Below, in pieces: positions 26,431 to 39,428 of a stretch of 63,932 bases of DNA. Origin of the DNA: Octopus bimaculoides (taxonomy: Eukaryota); the NCBI RefSeq assembly GCF_001194135.2, contig NC_068990.1, positions 8,193,283 to 8,257,214 of the forward strand, written 5' to 3'. How positions within the stretch are numbered: position 1 is the first letter of the stretch; the number at the start of each line of letters is the position of its first letter. The position numbers and the translations under genes were made by a program. Below the pieces are notes generated by a model. The model was given only the letters and a program-made list of their open reading frames with translations, was not told the DNA's origin and did no database searches.

Positions 26431-29385
26431 AGCGCGCGTGTATATATATATATATANNNNNNNNNNNNNNNNNNNNNNNNNNNNNNNNNNNNNNNNNNNN
26501 NNNNNNNNNNNNNNNNNNNNNNNNNNNNNNNNNNNNNNNNNNNNNNNNNNNNNNNNNNNNNNNNNNNNNNNNNNNNNNNNNNNNNNNNNNNNNNNNNNNN
26601 NNNNNNNNNNNNNNNNNNNNNNNNNNNNNNNNNNNNNNNNNNNNNNNNNNNNNNNNNNNNNNNNNNNNNNNNNNNNNNNNNNNNNNNNNNNNNNNNNNNN
26701 NNNNNNNNNNNNNNNNNNNNNNNNNNNNNNNNNNNNNNNNNNNNNNNNNNNNNNNNNNNNNNNNNNNNNNNNNNNNNNNNNNNNNNNNNNNNNNNNNNNN
26801 NNNNNNNNNNNNNNNNNNNNNNNNNNNNNNNNNNNNNNNNNNNNNNNNNNNNNNNNNNNNNNNNNNNNNNNNNNNNNNNNNNNNNNNNNNNNNNNNNNNN
26901 NNNNNNNNNNNNNNNNNNNNNNNNNNNNNNNNNNNNNNNNNNNNNNNNNNNNNNNNNNNNNNNNNNNNNNNNNNNNNNNNNNNNNNNNNNNNNNNNNNNN
27001 NNNNNNNNNNNNNNNNNNNNNNNNNNNNNNNNNNNNNNNNNNNTATATATATATGAAGTTGATTGTTTCCTTCATGTCTCGAGTTTCAGTCACACACACG
27101 CGCGCACACGCACGCGCACACACACAAACTCACACACACACGCACTCTCACACATGCATATATATGCACATGCAATATTTTATGTGCATGTGTTTGTTTG
27201 TGATCATTTGTGTCTGCATACATGCGTCGCTTTGTGCGTGTTTGTGTGTGTGTTCATTGCTAACTCCTAGCGGATGTTGGTGTAACTAACCTAAGATTTA
27301 ATGCATCGTTCCATCCACAACGCATCTTTACTGATACTGTTGCAGTTAACGTGCAACTGGTGCAACAAATCCAACAGAATATACTTTGAATTTTTAGGCT
27401 CTATATTTTGATTTGAGAGAAATATTGCTGCTTTTCGCTGTGCATATATGTAAACACCACTTTTCTTTTGATTTAGTGAAATAGATCGCTACAGCAATTC
27501 TGCATTGCTAATTCGCTTTTGCGTGTGCGTGAGTGTGTATGTTAGAATGTCAGTGTATCTCTGTGTCTGCTTAAGTGTGCGTGCATATGCTTGTGCAGTA
27601 TATTAATATTCTGAGCAATGTCATTCATGTTCGCATTTATTATTATTATTTTCTATATTTTATAATTATCTTCTTGTCATTTCCGTTCAGGTAAATATTT
27701 GTAAAATTAGCTTGTTACATATAAACCATTTTCACTGTTGCATTTATGTTCTCTGGTAATTTTCCTTTCTATACTTTCCTATTTCATGTTTTTTCTGTAA
27801 ATTAAAACACGTTCTGAATTAATGTGTGATGTAACTTTTGAACAATTTTATTTTCTCTCTACATGTAAAATTTTATCAATACTATTCCATATGATTATTT
27901 TATAATTTTCGGCATATACGTACCTTTGTTAAATACTGGCGTTTAAATATATCCATCTCAATAAATTGGGTTATTTACTTCCACACTTTCCGACATATTT
28001 CCATTACTACGGCGTTCAAAATGGAGTGTTAGTTTTTTTTTTACGATCATTTTTTACACCTGAAATATGTGTTCATTTCTCACATTTTATTTATACAATT
28101 TTTAACGCACAAATGTGATCAATACATGTGGTTAATGTCATTTCTACATTTATCCGAAGTTTTGTCGCCATGCTAAAGCACCGACAACATATTTTTTGAT
28201 AGCATATTTTTTTTGTAAATTATACCATAATTGCTTGAATTTCTTTCAGCCATGCACTTCAAAAACTGAAAGGACGAGTGTCTATCTGATAGCCAAACAG
28301 AAAACAGAATGTTACTAGAATTGACAACAACAGCCTTGAAGACAGGATGTGTGAGTCATCTACTAGATTAGGAAGCATGTCAGCAACAAGTTGTTAACTA
28401 TAGATTAAGTCAGTTTGCAATAAATGCAGTATTAGTATTTAACATTTACCACTAATGTGTCTCGCTGGGTTTCCTTTCAAGATAAATTCTAACGATCTTG
28501 AAGCCCTTTAATAAAATGAATTTCGATATAGTTCTGACACCTGAAAAATAGAACGTCTTGTACAGAAAATCTGGTAACACATTATTACTCACAGACTTGC
28601 TTGGTTCTGACTGGCCTAGTGATATAATGCTATAGTAAACTCTAATAGTGATAAGGTTCTCTTAAAGTAATTCTGAAGTTATACTTATTACGAACGACGT
28701 GACTATAGGTAATACGCATGAAAAACTGTGGAAAAACAGACACGCCACTGATATATTGATTAAACTGATATTTTCAAAAAATCGACTGAAAAACATATAA
28801 AGTGTACGGACGACATAATTTACACTCATTGAAAGCTTTCCAATTACCGAAGTAAATTATCAATTTCCGCCCTCGTGATATCATGGTCAAATTACATGTC
28901 GAGGAATGCATGTGATCAAGCAGTTTTGGAGTGTCTGTGTGTCTATCGATGATACGTGCTTGAAGTGGGTGAAATTAATTGATGTTGAAAACTGAGAATG
29001 AGCAAAAATCGGTATCTGCCCCAGTAACATCAGTATGAGAGGTTTGTGAGAAATGAAAAGAATAATGAACGTAGAAGTCACAGAGTACAATGAACTAGGC
29101 GATACATCAGGTGAGATAGATAACTTCAATGTAGGACGAGACATACTCGCAAATTTGGTTACCCCAGCCTTCAATAAGCAGCACACTCGTAAAGAGAACT
29201 CGAACCGGGATCAACATTTTGCAATACGTTCACTTCTGGACATTTTGTTCTATCAGTCGTGTAGTGAAGATCACAATTACTACGAAAAACCACGATACCA
29301 TTTCACACTTTAATCGGTGCATCCCCCACACTATCCCTCGATCAATTTCAGCCACTCCCTCACACCGTATTTAATCCATTTCTCT

Positions 29386-29646
29386 ATTTACATTATTTAC
29401 AATTGATATTTTTCCTCATCTTGTTTGTTGTTAACACAACGTTTCGGCTGATATACCCTCCAGCCTTCATCAAGTGTCTTGGGAAAATTTCGATCTTGGG
29501 TTCTCATTCCTAAGGTATTTTTCGAAGTTGCTGTTGTTGTTATTATTATTATTATCATTATTATTATTATTCAGGTCACTGCCTGGAATCGAACTCGGAA
29601 TCTTGGGGTTAATAGCCGGTGCTCTTAACCCCTACGTCAAATATCC
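29386..29646 (-). mobile_element. tRNA-headed SINE-like element carrying a hammerhead ribozyme
   Basis: Sense order: GGATATTTG; A box TGACGTAGGGG; B box GAGTTCGATTCC (29585-29596); (AAT)n/(AAC)n spacer; HHR (29433-29478); tail AAATATC-AAT-TGTAAATAATGTAAATA. Second copy at 285-420. Confidence 0.85.
29433..29478 (-). ncRNA. Minimal type I hammerhead ribozyme motif (intact stems, C3U core change)
   Basis: GACAC UUGAUGA A GGCUG gaggguauau CAGCC GAAA C GUU|GUGUU. Stem I GACAC/GUGUU, stem II GGCUG/CAGCC, loop-less palindromic stem III ACGU; predicted cleavage between 29438 and 29437. Confidence 0.75.
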
Positions 29647-29928
29647 ATAATTTGTAATTAATGTAAATAATGTCCATAATTCCTAATCTCTTAAATATAG
29701 AACTGTATTTCTCTGTTTTTTGACGCTATGCATCTTTGCCTCCCACTTTTGTTTTTTTTCTGTAACGAGTCACTGCTATAAAGACTTATCTTGTTTCTTT
29801 TGAAATTTGCGAATCGCTACTCGGTTCTCGTTCCTAGGTGGATCACCAGACAGGTTTGATGTTGAACATCTAGCAGAAAAATATCCAAAAGTATCTAGAG
29901 CAAGCAAAGTAAACTATCAGCTTAATTT

Positions 29929-29940
29929 CACAAACACACA

Positions 29941-30031
<91 letters not shown>

Positions 30032-30045
30032 ACACACACAAACAC
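29929..30045. repeat. (CA)n microsatellite
   Basis: Directly visible; one of many (CA/TG)n tracts (1-53, 16430-16472, 31414-31582, 54545-54630, 55365-55465). Confidence 0.95.
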
Positions 30046-31396
30046 ATACGCACAGACATGTAGACATAGCTTTTCGTCACATTTATTCTATACGTAGACA
30101 TTTACCGGTTGCTCATGTAGGCTTGATGAAGACTTGGGTTCACTGAACAGTTGCACTATTACTAAAGCATATCCCTGATGTTACTATCATTGTTCACAAT
30201 TATTTATCAATAACTGAGTGAACTATATTTTTGATATATATTCGTACTTTAAATAATTCTAAGTAACGCATTTTTCCTTCTTTATACAGAGACGTTCATT
30301 ATTTCGCATATATCATTCCCGTTACTATGTTTACATAAATTCATTTATTTGGCCTAGTTTAGTAATGTACTTTAGCCCACAGTTTTTGCCAAAAATATAC
30401 TATCACATTTTGTATGGAAAATTATTTAGTGCGGAAACTGGGATTTCTCGGGGGTTTTTTAAAGAGGGAGCGGATTCTAACCACGTGGATTATGCTTCCT
30501 TTCTCCATCTCAGAGCAACATTTCAATGAATCGAAACATTTCAGATTTTTCTTACTTGGTGATTCAACCTTCACATGTGTACGTGCGCACGAACACAGAC
30601 ATATTAACATATTCAGCGCTATTGACCAAATAAAAATTGTTCTCAGGAATATAAGACGATTTTTCTGATGTATATATAAAAGCGAATCGAGAATTAAGGG
30701 GTTCAATCAAAATGCAAATTTCTCTGTAAATACAAAATGTGTTTGATACGGAAAAATATGAATATTCATGAATGTTTTTGCTACACATCAAGCTTTTTCA
30801 TTCTATGCACCAAATGCTTCATAATGCCAAGTTTACATTGCGTATAAGCACACATTTTTTTGTGATTTTGTATGCTTTTGTCATGTGCATGCATTTAAAA
30901 TCTTCAATTGCTTATAAAGAATTAAGAAGATTTACAATTATTTGTGCTTTCACTATTTTGTTACAATGTCGACTGAACACATGTTATTCGAAGATTGACT
31001 GAACGAAAACATTGCAATAAATTTCATTTGAATCTCTAAATGTGATTACCTCATGAAATTTTGCTTGGATATTTGCGACAGAAAATTTAAGCCGAAATGA
31101 TGGAATAGATGAAGTAAGGATTAAAGGGAAATATAAAATTTTATGTGAGGATTAAAGCTTTGTCCTAATTCCTTCCTGAACTGACTGGCATTCCGAACTG
31201 CGCTAGGTGCTTCCGAGTATAGAAAATATAGATCACCCTAATCTGTATCGGATAGGAGTGCATATAGGTAGCAATTCCTATTTAATAGAAAATGGAAGCC
31301 CTCTATAGCAGCTACATGCTTTCTATGCATATATCAGTTCTGTAGTCGTCACACTAGTAATGTTTTAATTCAAAAATGTATACCAGGTTGTACATT

Positions 31397-31466
<70 letters not shown>

Positions 31467-31531
31467 NNNNNNNNNNNNNNNNNNNNNNNNNNNNNNNNNN
31501 NNNNNNNNNNNNNNNNNNNNNNNNNNNNNNN

Positions 31532-31586
<55 letters not shown>

Positions 31587-31598
31587 CTAAATGCATAT

Positions 31599-31631
<33 letters not shown>

Positions 31632-34465
31632 ACATATATATATATTGTCGATTCACTAGCGGAAAATAAAATATTAATCTCATCTATAAAAGCTAGAGCA
31701 ATATTATTTTCCGAGTTTTGCACTTTAATTACTATTTTGCATTTGTTTCCATAGCTGAAAACATTTACGTATGTATGTTCTTTATTACTATATATAGTAT
31801 TGTAATTTACAATATGATTGTTATTATTGTCAATATTCTCTTATTGAGAAGTTCAAAAACGTACAAATGCTATGTAATTGTAAAATTTTATAATGGTTGT
31901 TTCTCTTCTTTTGTTTTCTTTGTGTTAAAAGGATATGAAAGAATATGGGATGCTTTTTGAAGAAAAGTTTTAAAACACAGTTGAAAAAGAAAATTGTGAA
32001 TATCAAATATTTGCAGTTTCATGCGATTGTTTGTAATCCAATTCAGTCTAAAATTTATTTGAACATAAAATGGCGCAAGAAGCTAAAAGGTTAAAAAGAA
32101 TTATGGATTGTTAATGAAAGTTAAATACAACTAATTTTAGTGGTTACATTCGTAATGTTCTGGAGGAAATTGTATTCAGTTTAATGAATATTGATTCGTG
32201 TTGAGATGAACACAAATCTGATGATGTCACCTTGAATAAAGCAAATATTAAAAGCCTTACAGTCGTGATAAGCCATCAAAATTTTGATGAGGACTGCTTA
32301 TAATAACTAAATTACTGCGGATCTATATTTTACAGGAATTTGTACCATCGTCTTCAATAAGCTGACCGGCATCTTTGGCAAGAGAAAATTCTGGAAATTT
32401 GTATCATGTTCCTCGGCACATGAGTGAATGGAAAACATACACCAGATTCTTACGTAATAGAAGCTTAGTTAAACAAATGTAATAAAAAAGTACCTGGATA
32501 CCCTTGCGAAGTAAGAAAATGATCGTACAGGCATTGTAAGTATCATTGATAAAATAAGACGAATCGTTTTCATTAATTAGAATCGTACCCTCATTGACGG
32601 GAACACTCATTATCAAAATACATTTTCTCTATATAATTACGAACTTAACTGGACAATTTTTGTTGTCAACATTAACATTCTAATTTGAATTAATAAAAAT
32701 TTCTCTTCATTAAGTATGTTATTGCTCAATGTATGATTTAGCTAAACAGTTCACACCTGCTTCAACCTGCGTGAATTGTAATCAACTTTAATTATTTGAA
32801 GGATTCAAGGTATCCAAGATATATAAATGACCATGTGACTGTACAAAGGCTGAGTAATAATTTTTGAGCTCTTCGGTTTTGGGCTTTCAATAATTGCAGT
32901 GATGATTATACAGTAGCCAGAAAAATAGATGAATTTTACGTTGTGCGGTGTCTGATGACTTGAGAGCAAACCAACTAAATAAATCAATTATTTTCTTTCA
33001 GATTCCAATTTGCCTCTCTCTACTGTTGTTTATTTCCTGATTCTTCATTCGATGAACAAACGAATCAAACTTTACACAGGATTCAAAAAAAGTTTGTTAC
33101 ATCTAAACTTTGTTGGCGTTGAAAATGAATTGATGACTTCTAATATAAACTTAGTAAATGTCAGCGGCATAGCATTCATTGAATCATTAATACTGACAAT
33201 TATTCTCGTTTGGGAGTGCGTTCAACGTTGAACATAAGGGACTACCATTTACAATAATTCTTAAATAGACACATGCTATTAATTTGTTTGGAATGGATAC
33301 GACTAATTTTATTAACCTCAATGGGAGAAAGAAGCAGGTGAAATTTTATTGACCTGATCACAAAAAGCGGAGAGATGAAATTAATATTTCTAGGTTAGTA
33401 TTGCGGTGTATTGTCTTTTTAGCCACTATGAACCGGAAGTTTGAAAGAAACATTCAATCAATTACTTTTCAATTTATTTTCTCCTAATGGAATGGCGTTT
33501 ATTTACCTTTCCATTTATCATTTTATGTGATATGTCTCTTCTCTTTATACCTCTTTACATAGATGCTTATATGTGCAACAATAAATAAACTATCTTCTAT
33601 TAAAGCTATTAGTGATTTCCATTTTTGCTATTAATGCTTTCTAGCGCTTCCTTTCTATTATTGGCTCCCTTGCTACATTAACTATTTTAGAAAGTACAGC
33701 GAATAATTAATTGATCTCTAATGAGTTATTTAATAGCAGAGCTTTTATGATTTTACTCAATAATATTTGTTAGAAATAAAATGAAACACCGCCGAATAAA
33801 ATGAAATTTTCTAAGAGATGCTCGCTATTCGTTCCAGATTGGATATACATTGAACTCCATTAGAGTGCTCACCGTAACGGAAATTTAAGTTATTATCATT
33901 AACGTTATATCTTGTAGTTGATGTTACATCTTGTACATATAACTTGTTTATTACTTATTTTTATATTATGATGACAAAATTTATTAAATATCTGCAAATG
34001 CCCATTGCCTCTAATATTTGGTAAAGGGAAATGACTTAACGAAAGGTGGCACATAATAAAGAAAATTATTGGCAACTAGAAAATAGAAAAATAATAGGAC
34101 AAATTAGATATATTTTAACATATGCGGTTCATAATTAATTATATATGCATAACTACGATTTATAAATGTTTGGTGTATCGGCTAAAGACACTTACTACTG
34201 ATAGTGATCCTTCGAATTCGATTCCCCTTATCTCGAAGAAATATGTTGAACATATATCTCGAAAAAGGTGGTTTTATCGTCAAAACTACGTTTATTCGCA
34301 ATATCACTAATTGAGATATTTGAGCTGTTAAGATATGGCTGCATAAGCTGATGGATTAATAATCTTCTACATCCATGTGGCCTTCAGGCTTTAACAACAA
34401 TCAAATCACGTAGACAAAACCCAAACTTAATGCATACATACACACACACTCACACACACATACAG

Positions 34466-34504
<39 letters not shown>

Positions 34505-35055
34505 CACATTTACAAATACAGTCTCACATACACAGTCTCACATACACACAGTGACTCACACACACATGCTATACATACATATATAAGTGCATCGTGCTAT
34601 GTTCCTTTCTCAACTGCCTGGTACACCTTTATTTAAGTAGTCGAAAGTCAATCCTTACCGACTTTTGCTCAAACAAATACCATCCATTAATAATATATAT
34701 TTATTTGGAGGATATAACGTACGGAAAGATTCTCTTTATCTTTGATACGGTGGGATGCGAAATAAATGAGTTATAACTGCCGTGTCTAGCATTTTAAACG
34801 AGAGCATAACTATTTCCATGCTGCCGATTAGAATTAATGTTGAACTTAACAGAAACAAAACGGGTAGAATCTGTTCGTTTATAATATTATTAAAATTTCT
34901 TACACGTCTCATTTTGTTATATGAAAAGCGTATGACGCACAATTTAGTGTACCCAGTGATGTTTTGAACTAAAATTATCCTGATGGCGACTAAGACAGCA
35001 CGAGGAAATCTAGATAGCCACATATAGGTTTGTGCGTGTATGTATAATATATATA

Positions 35056-35094
<39 letters not shown>

Positions 35095-35126
35095 ACAAAT
35101 GTATATAGTGATTGCTCCATCCTCAC

Positions 35127-35258
35127 ATATGACTGCCTCTCTGAGAGCTTCCTTATCAATAGCATTTTTGACATTCCGTTTATGATCTCTCAGATGTCTA
35201 TTCAATTGCTCAGCAAATCTCCATGGTTTGAAGCATAGGTGACAAACAAAAGTTATAA
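35127..35258 (-). CDS. Candidate exon or pseudo-exon encoding a single C2H2 zinc finger
   Basis: FVCHLCFKPWRFAEQLNRHLRDH (35250-35182) fits F-x-C-x2-C-x3-W-x5-L-x2-H-x3-H exactly. Possible borders taag|TT and AT|gtgagg give 132 bp, phase 1/1; the acceptor is weak. Confidence 0.45.
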
Positions 35259-36079
35259 CTTACACTGGATTGATCGGATCACTTTGTGAGATATGATCCC
35301 TTTGAACCGCCATAAGTCTCATCGGTCCATTTTCAGTTCGGAACAACTTTGGTTTAACTTTGGACTATCCTTTTATTACATACATACATAATGCATACAT
35401 ACATACATACATGTATACATTTATTCGTTTAGTTTCAAGTACTTAAGTTCGTATGTGTCTAAAATGTAGAAAACATTATGCTGGAAAGATACGTACCATA
35501 CCTAGAAATTTGATATAGTGATGCTAATCAAAATTAAGTAACGGGATGCTTTCTTATATATAAATAACCGACAATCTTCCGTATATTGCTAATACGTATT
35601 TTTTACAGAGGTCTAAAATATTATGTGAGAAGAAATACGAATGGTTCAGCGTTACCTTTTTTTCTACAAAATGTTTCATTTACATAGTTTATAAATTATT
35701 GTGTCACCAACGTAAATTTTTCGACAAATTAAACAGTTGTCTTTCTAGTAAACTCAATTGAATATGATTTTATTTAACCAGCCGTACATACCTTCCCATA
35801 TACAGAGAACGATATAATGAACTGAATCCATTTCACTACAATATAATTGTTATTGAAATGCATATTAATCTCAAATATGGATATGTTAACCTAGTTATTT
35901 CAATTTACATCAGAGAGTAGTGGAACTAAATAATGCAAATCATATAATCCATGTCCCACAATTCTACCACCTTTGTATCGTATACAGTAATTAGTTATAA
36001 AATCCAGGCAATTATAAATTATAGAAAATACTGGTTTTAGGCTAGATGCAGTTTCAAATGTCACTAAATAGAATTCTTA

Positions 36080-36450
36080 GAGAGGAGAATCAAAGCTTGG
36101 CGAATCACAACCATGTCATTACTTTAAATGAAGAATGCGTATTCATTTTATTAACAGTCGTAAAATCTTCATATTAATCATACGTTCATTTTACCATCAT
36201 TTCAAGAGCAGAAGAGCCAATGATTTAACGATTCTTTAATAGATTGATGAATGATCTGTGCGCATTGCTTTATCGTTAATTGAACATGAAGGAACGGGAC
36301 TGAGCAGAATGGAGAAAGACCGATAAAGTATGCGCATTTGTTAGCGTTTACATCCATAAAGCCTTACTTAACAGGCCTATAATCGAAAGTTCCATCCGCA
36401 ACGATTTCATCAGCTTTGCAAATAGAATTTTCATTTGTGCTGCTTTACAT
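36080..36450 (-). mobile_element. Degenerate MULE-type transposase relic
   Basis: ICKADEIVADGTFDYRPVK* resembles the MULE first-D DGTF motif; a frameshifted GC...RQA downstream resembles the GCxFHxxQA motif. Confidence 0.45.
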
Positions 36451-36588
36451 ACATCCTCGTAATACAAATTAATGTTGTATGCCATATTTATGGAGAATTT
36501 GATTTAAGGACAATATCGTTGTTATTTCTACCTGGTAAAGTAGCTATGTAGATGAAGGCCATTAAGTAAATAAATAACTAATTGAATA

Positions 36589-36632
<44 letters not shown>

Positions 36633-36635
<3 letters not shown>

Positions 36636-37330
36636 TGAAGAAAATAAGACAAAGTAGAAAATGCCAAAATTTCCTTTTTTGCGACTTTTTTAAAATTAAA
36701 GCAAAGCATGAAAAACAATTAAATGGTGGAAAAATTAAATGAAATGTGCGTAGGAAATGAGAACAAAGAATAATAAAAAGACCGGAATAGTATAACAGTA
36801 GTAGGCTGTTGCTAGAGTCTTCTTAAATGGTCAAGTGATCTAAAAGTGACCTGTTGTAGTAATGACTGAAATTGTGAAATTGTTCTGAATGAATTCATGG
36901 GTACTGACTGTCCTGAAGATATCACTTTTAATATCTGCGTGGGTATTATTCTAAGGACCTTGAAGCAGTATCATTTGTGGCGGAAGCATTTAAAAGTGGT
37001 CTATATTTTACGATAAAATATGACTATTTACTAATGCGCTAATTATATGTTGCCTCGTCCCTGAATTTATAGAGCGGAAAAATTCTGAAGTTGAGTTGTT
37101 CGTTAGTGGCGCAAATGTCGATGTGTTCGCTAAATGATATTTTTCTTCATTTCCGAATTTAAATCTGGGATCTATGTAGGGTCATCCTTTGGTGTAGACT
37201 GTTTTTGGTTTGTCCTATGTATGCTGGACTTGCTTTTAACTAATGATGCAGCGTTTGTGCCAATTTCTTTTGATAATGCTCAACTATTTATGAAATGATC
37301 CTTGCATACTGTTACTATATTTAGTTCAAA
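36633..37330 (-). mobile_element. Penelope-like retroelement relic (RT fragment joined to GIY-YIG endonuclease C-half, then 3' UTR ending at (TA)n)
   Basis: 36988-37224 translates AYIGQTKNSLHQRMTLHRSQI*..RKISFSEHIDICA...FRIFPLYKF...R.SK*SYFIVKYRPLLN. HYQKK/IGTNAASL at 37241-37285 resembles the RT GxxMGT motif. Confidence 0.8.
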
Positions 37331-38658
37331 ATACTGAATAAAACAGAACCAATTCATGAATCTACTACATAGGCAAAAGATGGAACTGAAGAGTAATCAT
37401 CCTATCGTTGCTTACCGGGTGATGAAATCGATAATAGATTATGAAAAGCAACTCCCTACTTTATTAAATTCCAGCGCCGTCTCTGGACAGCAATCAGAAA
37501 TTCATGCTCTTGGAGCAGTGGTAATTTGCACCTTGCCTTATATATCATAAAGTTGAACTGTCCACCCGTCAGATATTCAACAGTTAGATAATTACCACAA
37601 AAATTATTTACAAAACATCACTGGAGAGGGGTGGAAGGACAAAATCCATAGCTTTGATACTTCCAACAAATTTAACTTCTCTTACATTGAATCGTTTTCT
37701 CATACATAGAAGGAGATGAACTGTTCATACAATTGTGATATGGTGACATAAGGAATTTCAGAAGCCCTTGTCTCGGATACGAAGATAAAATACAGTCGAA
37801 TTTGTTAATTTTAAATGAACTCAGAAAACGTTCGATTGAAAAAAACCCCATCTATTTCTGTAATTTTATACCGACGGGGAAGGATAGTGCCCATGCACCT
37901 GATGCAACTCTGAGGCTAAGAAACGGAAAGGAAGGTAGGAAGCAGGACTCGTGATTCATTTATGAAGAATGCAACCCATTTATCTTTAAACCGCGGATGT
38001 GGTATGAATGCTTATAACTTATCAAACTTTTGGATACGTCTCTATCCGAAGAAACTTCGAACGTTGTTAGAATAATATGCATATGGAGAAAACAATACAC
38101 ATAAAGAGGAGATCTGTGTCCAACAAATCGCAGTTGCTGCAAGAAGTTTATAAATGTTGGAGAGAATGTGAAATAATACCTATCTGGTAATAATAATGAC
38201 ATGATAATTATTTTAAATAAAGTTCCTAAAATAGATAGGGTATTTCGAAGAATTGTTTTGGTACAATGGTAGAACACCTGTGATATCTTCGGGAGAAACG
38301 TGTTCGAGTTCACAGTCAGCCTTCGACTTCTATCCAAAAGTGCTTAAGATTTTTCAACTCAATTTTCACGTTATTATTAATAGCTTATGTGAGCCACGAG
38401 ATTCACTATTTCAAAACATACACACGCACACACACACACACGCACGCGCACACGCACGCACACACACAGACACACACACACAGACACGCGCGCGCGCACA
38501 CACACACACGCACACACACACAAACACACACACGCACACACACACACACGCACACACACACACGCACACACAAACACACACNNNNNNNNNNNNNNNNNTT
38601 ATATTTTTGATTTCGCGCATGCTCATTGTTTCTCTTTGATTTTGTCAACTACACAATA

Positions 38659-39428
38659 TAGGGTCAGTTGTCTGTGAGAAAAACAGAACAGTCACGAAAT
38701 TCACGCCGCCAGAAATTTGGAAACGATATGCTGTGCTTCTTGGTATTGGCGTCGGAAGCTCCAATACGAACATTTCAGAGTGTTTGGGTGTCAATCTGAG
38801 GACATGCACCGAGAGTGATAAAAATCAAACATCCAGTCAACATCATGGTGTTTGGAGTGATCACTAGTGATGATGACATTATACCGCCATTCATTTTCCC
38901 ACACGGTCTCAGATTTAACACGGAGGCCTACATCAAGTGCCTGGTGGCTGTAGTGCTTCCCTGGGTCAAGTGGAGGGCTGGAAGACCCTATGTCTGGCAA
39001 CAGAATTCTGCACCATGCCACACAAGAAGGAGAACCCAGTAATGGATGTCAGACAATTTCTGCGACTACATCAACCCTAACATCTGGCCACCTAACTCTC
39101 CAGACTGCAATCCCTTTGATTATTATGTGTGGGGTGTGGTTGAACGAGAGACCAACAAAAGTCCTTGTAACACCAATGATGAACTGAAAGTAAGATTTAT
39201 AGCAGCATTCACCAACTTAAAAACGAGACCATCCAGAAGGGTTGCAGGAGATTCCGAAGTCAACTGGAGACACTGGTTGAAGCCAATAGAGATTTTATTG
39301 AATAAATTTACTGTTTAGTATTTCAAGATATTTTTATGTAATTTTAGTAAATGTATCTGTTAAAATGAGATGCTAGTTTTCTTTTCATTTTCGCGTAGTT
39401 TGGACGACAATTTATTCACCGCACCCTG
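38659..39428 (+). mobile_element. maT-type (DD37D) Tc1/mariner element, internally deleted
   Basis: WQQN(D2)SAPCHTRRRTQ*WMSDNFCDYINPNIWPPNSPDCNPFD has 37 residues between D2 and the final D. N-terminal KFTPPEIWKRYAVLLG...LGVNLRT is joined directly to IMVFGVIT. Right end ...CACCGCACCCTG; left TIR degenerate. Confidence 0.85.

Noticed and set aside
29053-29313. 86-aa ORF with coding-like composition
   Set aside because: No recognisable motif or splice support.
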